The notes under the pieces are model-generated. The model worked only from the letters and a program-made list of their open reading frames with translations. It ran no database searches and was not told the DNA's origin. A stretch of 34,098 bases of DNA from Chrysochromulina tobinii (lineage: Eukaryota): contig JWZX01003185.1 in assembly GCA_001275005.1 (NCBI GenBank), forward strand, positions 1 to 34,098. The letters run 5' to 3'. Position numbers and translations under genes: made by a program. This document shows, one piece after another, positions 1-7,907 of the stretch. Each line of letters starts with the position of its first letter. Positions within the stretch are counted from its first letter, which is position 1.

Positions 1-125
1 ACGGAGCTCACTTACCGGTCTCTAGGAATGTTCCGTAAGCAGGTTAACGGACCCCCACCGGGGGAATGACCCCCCTACCGCTCGCACTTTTGACATGTAT
101 TTTGAGCGTTGTACAACTTCCGAGT

Positions 126-379
126 CACTGTGTTGAAACACCATAGGGTAACTACCTGAGTAGTGAAACCCTCCCCCTAGGTCAAAATCTCGCGCCCCAC
201 TGTGTTGAAACAGCAAACACTTCTGCCAGAATGGGTAACTACCTGATAGTGAAACCCTCCCCCTAGGTCAAAATCTCGCGCCCCACTGTGTTGAAACACC
301 ATAGGGTAACTACCTGAGTAGTGAAACCCTCCCCCGTCCGCCCCTATCTACAATCTAGGAGGCCTAGGTCAAAATCTCG
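126..379. repeat. Imperfect tandem repeat, 3 units of about 72-96 bp
   Basis: Units start with CACTGTGTTGAAACA at 126, 198 and 284 and share GGGTAACTACCTGA(G)TAGTGAAACCCTCCCCC..TAGGTCAAAATCTCG. Unit 2 has GCAAACACTTCTGCCAGAAT in place of CCATA. Unit 3 has an extra segment before CTAGGTCAAAATCTCG. Confidence 0.95.
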
Positions 380-597
380 TCGCGCCGCGAGTTAACGTAT
401 AATAAGTTTACAAAGATACCGTGCGGTAGGCCTATTCCATATCTCATACATTCTTTCCAGACGCCATAGTTACCCGCCCTCCGAAGAGGCAGCGAAGTCC
501 CCGATCTCTACGTACTAGGCATGGTCGGGTCTAGCGTCTACTACACGCAATACGGTACCAGCCGCCGGCCGGAGTCATAGAAGCCGCCGTCATCCCC

Positions 598-621
598 GCC
601 GCCGCCGCCGCCGCCGCCGCC
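598..621. repeat. (GCC)8 microsatellite
   Basis: Eight consecutive GCC units just downstream of the nucleotidase stop codon. Confidence 0.95.
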
Positions 622-671
622 TGACGCGGCCGCGGCGCGTGTGCACCCACGCGCACAGTCTGAGCGTGCGG

Positions 672-1643
672 TTAAGGCTCGGTACGCGCCCGAGAAGGCA
701 GCGGAGACGTGTTGGCGCTCGGGATCGAGAGCGATCGCCTCGACAGGACGCGGAAGAGGGACGAGGGAGGCGCGACCTCGTCGATCAGATCGGCGACTGG
801 TAGCAACGAGCCATGGTCACCGAGCACGACGGCGTCGAAGGCCTGGGAATGTAGGATGCCGTCGAGGCGCGAGTTGAGGAAGCCCACCGACAGGAAGTCC
901 TCGTACGGCACGTGCTTGGAGGCGTCCACATCCGTCACCGAATCGCCGAGAACGATCAGATGCTTACGCGTGGCGTGCTGCTCAAAGAATGAGGAGGCAC
1001 TCGAGTAGGCGTAGGCCTTGGTGAACGAAGTGATGGGTGGCTCGGGCGAAACCGACTTGGGCGTCATGTCCGCCGCGTAGTTGAGACGGTTGGAGCACAC
1101 CGTCACGTTCTCGCTCAGCGCTCCATGCTGACGCAGCCACTCCTCGATGACATCGCTCAGACCCGCTGACACGATGAGAACCGGGATGTCGAGCTCCTGG
1201 AGTCGACGGAGCAGCTCGAGCGCACCCGGTCGCGGCGTCATCTTGCCCTCGCGTACCAGCCGCGGGATCAGCTGGCGCTTCGGCACTCCATACTGCACCA
1301 TCAGCGAGTGCGCGCGGTCCCACCACTCGACACCGTCAATGTCAGGATTGGCCGCCCAGTCGAGGAGTGGCGCAAATTTGGAGCGGAAGTCGGCGGGCAT
1401 GACGTGCGAGAAGCCGCACAGGTCGTGGCACTGCTCCGAGTCGCCCGTGGTCAGCGTCGCATCGAAGTCAGTGATTAGCAGCAGGTTCTGAGCGCGCACG
1501 AAGGAGAACTTTGACCGCTTGCGGTGCCAGCCCTCGCATGCAATCCATGTAGTCTGCCACCGCTCGCGATTCTTCGCATACAGAACGAGCAGCGCGCCGA
1601 CGGCGCCCACGACGCACAGCGCCGCGTGATCTGTGTCGGCCAT
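672..1643 (-). CDS. Cytosolic/pyrimidine 5'-nucleotidase III-like HAD hydrolase (UMPH-1 family) with N-terminal hydrophobic anchor
   Basis: 323-aa ORF with HAD motif I ITDFDATLT, motif II LIVSAG and motif IV LGDSVTD, plus VEWW and VGFLN segments typical of the cN-III family. N-terminal ALCVVGAVGALLVLY is hydrophobic. Confidence 0.88.
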   Translation of the reverse strand: MADTDHAALCVVGAVGALLVLYAKNRERWQTTWIACEGWHRKRSKFSFVRAQNLLLITDFDATLTTGDSEQCHDLCGFSHVMPADFRSKFAPLLDWAANPDIDGVEWWDRAHSLMVQYGVPKRQLIPRLVREGKMTPRPGALELLRRLQELDIPVLIVSAGLSDVIEEWLRQHGALSENVTVCSNRLNYAADMTPKSVSPEPPITSFTKAYAYSSASSFFEQHATRKHLIVLGDSVTDVDASKHVPYEDFLSVGFLNSRLDGILHSQAFDAVVLGDHGSLLPVADLIDEVAPPSSLFRVLSRRSLSIPSANTSPLPSRARTEP

Positions 1644-1827
1644 ACAGCCACGCCGGACAGACCGATCGTTTCACAGGTTCGAAAATTTCGCACGAAAGAT
1701 GAGTGTTTCGATGGGTCGTGAACGAACATGTATTTGTGGTGCGTTCAACATTATTTGAGAGTATATGCAGTTTTGAGATTGACCTAGCAACACCTTACAA
1801 TTGTAAGCGCTAAGGCTGTCATACAAT

Positions 1828-1949
1828 GTACCGGTAAAAAGACACCGGGGGGAGCCGGGACACACACGGGACACACGGGACACGCGGACGCACAAAGGCA
1901 CACAGACGAATCTCACAACCAACCAAACCCACCAACAACACACACCCCG
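1828..1949 (+). mobile_element. Short dispersed repeat element, copy 1 (may extend to about 2049)
   Basis: 1828-1868 GTACCGGTAAAAAGACACCGGGGGGAGCCGGGACACACACG is identical to the reverse complement of 27547-27587. The downstream CACACAGACGAATCTCACAACCAACCAAACCCACCAAC also matches the reverse complement of about 27311-27352. AATGTACC at 1825-1832 and 2050-2057 is a possible flanking duplication. Confidence 0.75.
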
Positions 1950-2152
1950 CACGTCAGCGCGACGAGCCGACGACCGAAGCCGCGGCCGACTCAACAGCCG
2001 TACTTGGGTGGCCGGTCCGAATGGCTTAGGGGTTTTGAGGTGGAAGTCTAATGTACCCAAAAAATCAAATTGTGTCATGCGGAATTCATTTCTGCGGAAT
2101 TGCGGCCTTCCTGGTGCAGTACCGGGTACATGTTATGTAACGACGACGCAAC

Positions 2153-2896
2153 ATGGCGCAATGGTCCGGCAGCATGCTGTACAACCCGTGTCCGCGATCA
2201 GCACTCTCGACGCCTCTGCTCACGCGCCAGTTCCTCGAACATGGGAAAGCAATACAGATGACGCGCGCGCCGCGGCGCCCGGGCACGCCGATGGACCCAG
2301 TGACGGCCAGCGGGAGCATGCTGTCCAAGGCCGCCGGGATCAACGAGGCTCGTGCCTGCCGCGCGGCCGAGGACGCCGAGGAGACGCGCCAATTGCTTTT
2401 AGATCAAGAGCGACGCCAGATGCGCGCGATGGCGCAGCGCGATATGAGGCGGAAGCAACTCACTTCCAGACTGTCCTCGACTCGCACAGCTCCCTCCTTG
2501 ACGCGCTCAGCATCCCAAGGCTTTGTGCCGATGTACGAGGCGCGGTCGCCTTCGGCGTCGGTGGAAGTCTCCCGGGGAGGCTTCGGCCAGCACCCTCTAA
2601 GCATGTCCTCCTTCATGGGCTCTGTGCCGCTTGCCCAGGCGGTGACGGCAGCACTCCACCGCCAGCTCGGCGACACGGCAGATACGGATTCGCTGTGCGC
2701 CCTCACGCGCGTCCAGCTCGAGCAGGCGATGCGCGAGGCTCGGCTCGAGGGCCTCACGGCTGCCGTGTGGCAAGCGCTCCTCCACCGGCGCTACGAGGCG
2801 GGCGAGCTGCTGAGCGCCGACGACCTCGCCGACTTCCAACGCGGGCTGCAGCTTCAACAGCGAATGCGCGCCGGTACCGCACCGCCTACCTATTGA
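2153..2896 (+). CDS. Hypothetical protein with a central charged helix/coiled coil
   Basis: 247-aa ORF with GC3-rich codons and ordinary globular/helical composition. Start may be the ATG at 2153 or 2174. No family recognised. Confidence 0.6.
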   Translation: MAQWSGSMLYNPCPRSALSTPLLTRQFLEHGKAIQMTRAPRRPGTPMDPVTASGSMLSKAAGINEARACRAAEDAEETRQLLLDQERRQMRAMAQRDMRRKQLTSRLSSTRTAPSLTRSASQGFVPMYEARSPSASVEVSRGGFGQHPLSMSSFMGSVPLAQAVTAALHRQLGDTADTDSLCALTRVQLEQAMREARLEGLTAAVWQALLHRRYEAGELLSADDLADFQRGLQLQQRMRAGTAPPTY

Positions 2897-3234
2897 CCTC
2901 CGCAACACGCGTGAAGCGTGCGCGCACGTGGAGCAGTGAGTCGATTGCTTGCGTCTGGCATCGCCAATAGGATCTGGCCGGCAGGATCACGATGGGGCGT
3001 TGCGGGCGCTCTGTACGACGTGGAGGACGTGGCCGTGCGCTGCGGTGTCATGGGCCGTGAGATGTCATGGGCCGTGTGCGGTGTGGCTGAGGTCCTCGGT
3101 GCCGCTTTGGCGGGAGCGTGAGCTACATAGTATGGGTTACAGTATGCAGATCAAGATGATGAGAGTTAGAGGTCCGTGTGATGTGAGAGTCAAGGTCCGA
3201 TACCGAATGGCCCCACCCATAACAAGAACGACGT

Positions 3235-6200
3235 CTACAGCCGGCGCCACGCGCCCAACTCGGAGCTCCCGCCCTCGCCACCGGGCTCGAGCACGACATC
3301 GAGGAGCGCGGAGAGCATCGGCTCAAGGAGCGAGGTGCCGTGGTCACGCAGGTTGGGGCTCTCATTCACTTCGAGCAGCCACGGGCGCAGCGAGTCATCG
3401 AGGATGACGTCGAGACCGAAGCACTCGAACGAGCGGGGTCGCAGAGTGCTCGAGTTCGTGGCGTGAAGACCGTTAGGAGTGTGAAGACCGTTGAGTGTGA
3501 GCTCCCTGCTTGCGAAAGTGGCGGCGACGACGGCGCGGATAGCGGGCAGTACCCGAGTCTCCCACGCACGCTCCCCGTAGCCCTGAGCAACCAGGTGTGT
3601 ACGGAAGCGCTCCGAGCTCCACAAAAGCTGATGAGATGCCTTCGACGGTAAGCCCTCCCCCTCCTCCTGTGAAACTGCTGCGGCCTCGTTCGCTGCTGGC
3701 ACAGTGGGACCAGCGCAGTCTCTGTCGCCCAGCCGCTCGCGCTGCACAGCGCAGTTGGTGATGTGGCGGTACCGCTCGCCCAGTCGGCGGAGGCAGAAGG
3801 GCTCCGCGCACACCTTGAGCAGCATCGCGTCATACAACCAACACTGCTCAAACGCGCCGCCGCCTGCACCGCACCGAAGCACAAAGAGTCGAATGTCAAA
3901 CTTGCGCCCGAGCGGCGGCCCTAGCGGCGGGGGGCTGTGCGTCGGGGAGCGCAGGGGCCCTTGCAGCCGCGTCCGCTCCGCACATGGCTGTTCCAAATTT
4001 GGTAGCTCCGAATATGGGAGCAGTAGCGGTCGCTCCACGTATTTTTGGATCACTCGCGGCGCGCCGAAAACCCGCTCGGCTTGACGGAGTGCCTGGCGGC
4101 CAGCGAGCACCTCGATGCCGCGACCGCGCGAGCCATAGGCCGGCTTGATCACCCATACGTTACGCGTGCCATCAAGGTCGAGTTGGGGGTGAAGGGGGCG
4201 CAGCCTCTCAAGGAGCGCTGCACCGAGCGCGCGCAGCCTCTCGCGCGCCATCGGCGAGGCTGTCCAGCCCTCAGACGCATTCGCCACGGAGAAAGCTGCC
4301 GCCGCCGCCGCCGCCGCCGCCGCATCGAGCACTATACATTCCGGTGCTCTTGCCACTAGCGCCTCCGCCTCTGCTGCCTGGGCGGCCGCATGGGCTCCGT
4401 CCCGGGCGTTCGCATGCGTGTCAAGGGGGTAGAGCGAGAGTTCGCTCACCTTCCCGACGGCTAGGACGACGCAGTCTGCGGCCGTTGGCGGTGGGAAGGC
4501 GCGCAGGTCGAGGCCACACGCGAGAGTGGCGAGGTCCAGCGTGGCGCCACCTCTTGCGGATTGTGAAAAGCGTCTGGCAGCCTGCATGACGTGGCGCACG
4601 GCCGCCGCTGCTAACGACTCATGCACGCCGCCCTCGTCCTCCGCCATTGCCTCGGCCGCCATCGCCTCCGCCTCCGCCGTCATCGCCTCGGCCATCGCCT
4701 CCGCCCCCCTCGCTGCCCCCCTCGCCGCATCGTTTGGCCCTCTGGACGTCTGCGCGGACGCCCGCAGCGGGAATGAGGGCACAAACCCATGGCTCACCAG
4801 TCGCTTGAGTACGCTGCACGCAGCAGTCAGCCGCACGTCTGCCGTGAAGGCCGCCATCTCCTCCGCAGCTCCCGACAGGTCGTACACACGAGGGAAAAAG
4901 TGCCAATGTGTCGCACGCGTGGCGACGCCGTCCAGCAGCAGCTGAGGTCGGAGGGACTCCGCGACGGCGGCGCCGCCCGTACCCCGGAGGCAGAATGCGA
5001 GACCTAGCTTGGTGGTGAGTGGGCATGGCGCCTCAAAATGGTTGACCAGCTGCTGTGGGCGTATGCGGCGCCAGTCAATGTCGGACGATCGCACCGCCCA
5101 CACTAGATCCGCCGCCGCCACCGTACCACACGCACGCCAGCCACGTGCCTTGAGCACCCGAGAGATGATTGGGTTGGCCGAGACAAAGGTGCGTGCGCTG
5201 CCCGCTGCTGATGCCAAGGGCGGCGGCGGCGGCTCCGACCCACGCACCTCCAGGGCGGTACCAGAGCCACACACCTCCAGGGCGGTACCAGAGCTACGCA
5301 CCTCCAGGGCGGTACCAGAGCTACGCACCTCCAGGGCGGTACCAGAGGTGGTGGCAGTGGCGTTGGCGTTCGTGGTGGCAGTGGCGTCGGCTGCTTCAGC
5401 AAGCGAGGCCCGCGGGCTCAAGTCCTCCTCCCACTGGAGAACGGATCTCCCGCCCGATCTCAAGTCATCCACGCACTTGAGAACGGAGCTCCCGTCCGAT
5501 CTCAAGTCCTCCTCCCACTGGAGATAGGATCTCCGCTCACATCGCACTCGCTCCTTGGGCGCCATGGTGGGCGTAGGCTGCGCCACGACGCCTGCGTCGA
5601 AGGTGGGCGTGCCACTCTTGAGGCTCATCTGACGGTGTCCTAGAGGCTGCCCGGTGGCGGCGGTGGCGGCGCGGGGGGAGGGCACTCGAAGGCCACTCAG
5701 AGGCACCCAAAGCAGACTCGACAGGGCGACGTTCAGCGACTCGCTGTTGAGCACCCCGCTTCCAAGCTGACCTCCAAGCGCCTCACGCCTCAGATTTGCG
5801 TCGATGCGCGGCGGCGGACGCGGCGGCGGACGCGGCGGCGGACGATTGCACTGCGGCGAGGCCGGTCGCGCCGCCAACGCGTAGTGACCTCGCTCGTCAT
5901 CGTCGTCGTCGTGCGGAAAGCTAGCCGCGCGCGCGACGTGAACGGGATGGGCACGCGCGAGAGGTGAGGTGGAGGCTGAGGAGGGTAGCGACCACGGCGA
6001 GGGGATCGGCGCCAGCGCTCCAGTGCCGGAGCCCAACATCAGCGCCCGTGACGGCGTGGCGCCAGAGGAGGGTACCGACGCCACCGCTCCTAGGACCGTT
6101 CCAGTGCTTGGTATGGGGCACGAGATCAGCTGCGCCTGCGCGGGCGACAGGGGCGGCTTGCGATGGGGCTGCGATGGATGCCAAGGAGCGATGGATGCCA

Positions 6201-7110
6201 AGGAGCGATGGGGCCGCCACGGCGGCTTGTCGGTCTGGGTCGCGAGCGTTGGTGGCAGCCTATGGCAAGGCGCCGGCGCGAGCGATGGTGGAGGCCTTTG
6301 GTGAGGCGCGGGAGGCGCGGGAGGCGCGGCATGAGCGAGTGTCGGCGGTAGTGGCGCCGTCCGATGAGATCGCTCGGGGACCTCGCGATTCCTGGTCGGT
6401 GGAGGCGGCGCTGGCCTATGATGGACGGTGGGACCGGTTTTGGTTCCGTACTCGAGTGCCGCGGCGCACGAGAAGGCGGTGGAGAAGGCGGACGCGCCAC
6501 CGTCATGCGCGAGCGTGGCGGCGACGGCCGCTTGGAGTGTGCTTGTCAGCCTGCTGAAATTGGGCCACCGCTGCTCCATGAGCTTCGAGAAGAGCACTCC
6601 AGCGCTGCGCATGAGGCCGTTGGCGTCGCAAAGAGTGTACGAGACCTCAAATGCGCCAATTCGTGGCGCGTTAGCAGAAAGCTTTCCCGCCAGCGCGGGT
6701 GCAGCTCGATGGAGAGCCGGACGTTCAAGGGTGCCGAACGACGGAGTCAAGGTCGTTGCAAGGTGCTGCAGTGAGCTGTTGACTGACAGCGCTTGCAAAT
6801 CCACGTTGAGATTGGTCCAGGATGACGACGAGGCCAACTCAGCGAGTGAGGCGCTGAGCGTGAGCTCCGCTATGTCGTATGCTTCGCTTGAGCCCTTGAG
6901 ATGGAAGGTGGGACGTGCAGCCACACAGCGCTCCAGGTGAACGGCCACTTTCATGCTGTGGTCAGCGGCGCTCCCGGGATGGAGTTGGTCGAAGCCGTAG
7001 CCAGCCGGCGATCGGGCCGTTGAAGGATGTTCTGCTTCTTCGGGCAAAAGTAACTGCTGCATGCATTTAACTGATCGCAACCCTGGACTGGAAGATCGAC
7101 TGGTGGTCAT
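3235..7110 (-). CDS. Tubulin-tyrosine ligase-like protein, TTLL3/TTLL8 (glycylase)-type, with N-terminal Rdx/SelH-like domain
   Basis: TTL motifs WVIKPAYGSRGRGI, IQKYVERPLL, KFDIR, HITN and SFECFGLDVILDDSLRPWLLEVNESP. TTLL3-type segments QLVNHF..LTTKLGL, FFPRVYDL..F..D..LTAACSVLK and PQLDLDGTRNVWVIKP. The linker is low complexity and may contain an in-frame intron. Confidence 0.85.
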   Translation of the reverse strand: MTTSRSSSPGLRSVKCMQQLLLPEEAEHPSTARSPAGYGFDQLHPGSAADHSMKVAVHLERCVAARPTFHLKGSSEAYDIAELTLSASLAELASSSSWTNLNVDLQALSVNSSLQHLATTLTPSFGTLERPALHRAAPALAGKLSANAPRIGAFEVSYTLCDANGLMRSAGVLFSKLMEQRWPNFSRLTSTLQAAVAATLAHDGGASAFSTAFSCAAALEYGTKTGPTVHHRPAPPPPTRNREVPERSHRTAPLPPTLAHAAPPAPPAPHQRPPPSLAPAPCHRLPPTLATQTDKPPWRPHRSLASIAPWHPSQPHRKPPLSPAQAQLISCPIPSTGTVLGAVASVPSSGATPSRALMLGSGTGALAPIPSPWSLPSSASTSPLARAHPVHVARAASFPHDDDDDERGHYALAARPASPQCNRPPPRPPPRPPPRIDANLRREALGGQLGSGVLNSESLNVALSSLLWVPLSGLRVPSPRAATAATGQPLGHRQMSLKSGTPTFDAGVVAQPTPTMAPKERVRCERRSYLQWEEDLRSDGSSVLKCVDDLRSGGRSVLQWEEDLSPRASLAEAADATATTNANATATTSGTALEVRSSGTALEVRSSGTALEVCGSGTALEVRGSEPPPPPLASAAGSARTFVSANPIISRVLKARGWRACGTVAAADLVWAVRSSDIDWRRIRPQQLVNHFEAPCPLTTKLGLAFCLRGTGGAAVAESLRPQLLLDGVATRATHWHFFPRVYDLSGAAEEMAAFTADVRLTAACSVLKRLVSHGFVPSFPLRASAQTSRGPNDAARGAARGAEAMAEAMTAEAEAMAAEAMAEDEGGVHESLAAAAVRHVMQAARRFSQSARGGATLDLATLACGLDLRAFPPPTAADCVVLAVGKVSELSLYPLDTHANARDGAHAAAQAAEAEALVARAPECIVLDAAAAAAAAAAFSVANASEGWTASPMARERLRALGAALLERLRPLHPQLDLDGTRNVWVIKPAYGSRGRGIEVLAGRQALRQAERVFGAPRVIQKYVERPLLLPYSELPNLEQPCAERTRLQGPLRSPTHSPPPLGPPLGRKFDIRLFVLRCGAGGGAFEQCWLYDAMLLKVCAEPFCLRRLGERYRHITNCAVQRERLGDRDCAGPTVPAANEAAAVSQEEGEGLPSKASHQLLWSSERFRTHLVAQGYGERAWETRVLPAIRAVVAATFASRELTLNGLHTPNGLHATNSSTLRPRSFECFGLDVILDDSLRPWLLEVNESPNLRDHGTSLLEPMLSALLDVVLEPGGEGGSSELGAWRRL
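5242..5347. repeat. 27-nt coding tandem repeat x4 (SGTALEVRS)
   Basis: Units AC(G/A)CACCTCCAGGGCGGTACCAGAG start at 5242, 5269, 5296 and 5323, inside the TTLL linker. Confidence 0.95.
5417..5524. repeat. 42-nt coding tandem repeat x2.6 (LQWEEDLRSxGxSV)
   Basis: Units begin CTCAAGTC at 5417, 5459 and 5501. Confidence 0.9.
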
Positions 7111-7907
7111 GCAGTCATTCAGTTACGTCGCGCCCCCCCGGCGCTCTCCACACCTCCGTCTCAAAGGACTGGCTCCGCTGTGCCCGCCGATCGACACACT
7201 GTTCACTAAACAGTACCCACTCGGATGTCGGAACTCGCTCGTCGCTCCCCCGTGGCCTACTCCGCTCTCTTCTCTCTCACTGCAGCATCTCAATGACGCT
7301 ATTGGTAGTGAGGTCTCGGGTTCTCTCCCAGCGCACAGGCAGATGTACCATGGTTGCCCGGCTCGCTGCCCGATACTCACATACTGCTGGAGGCGGTGCG
7401 CCGGGCGCCCGGGCCGGGGCCGCATGGCGGGGGGAGCGGGGTGGATTGACCGGTGTCGTCATGCCGGACGTGTGATCGCGCTAATTATCTACAGGCGGGG
7501 TCCACGTTTTATCGGTACTAACTCCCGAACACACGGTACGGTACATGGGGGGGCCAAACATGACGTGACGCGGCACAAACACGACGCATCCACAATCATG
7601 AACATGAGCTCGCGTAGCAGACCCCCTCCCCTCCGGCTCGTCGTGTCCATCTCCGGCAGATCTCTGCTCCCACCCGGGACCCGGCTCGTCCCCTGGTAGA
7701 GACGGGGCATCGCACATGAACATCTCTCGCGGTTTACATGGACACATGTACGGGGCTCAATATGTCGCGCGCCCAGATTCTGGCTCCTCCAGCCCCGAAC
7801 CGGATCCCTCCAATCCAGCCCACCCTCATCAACGGAAGGTCAGCTCCGCACGTGGTCGAGGTCCGCCGGCAGACGCACCAGGCGCAACATGCTACAGGCG
7901 GCCCCGC

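Noticed and set aside
126..379. CRISPR array (units contain GTTGAAAC, like some CRISPR repeat ends)
   Set aside because: The constant part is about 67 bp, the variable parts are 5, 20 and 5 nt with the first and third identical, there are no cas genes, and the context is eukaryotic.
2024..2040. Telomere-like TTAGGGG
   Set aside because: Single occurrence with no array.
6900..6960. Selenoprotein (Sec) in the Rdx-like domain
   Set aside because: There is no in-frame TGA at the CxxU position; the sequence is CVAA.
7111..7907. ORFs 7061-7699 and 7716-8741
   Set aside because: No motifs, R/P/G-biased composition, and overlap with neighbouring genes; treated as intergenic or UTR.
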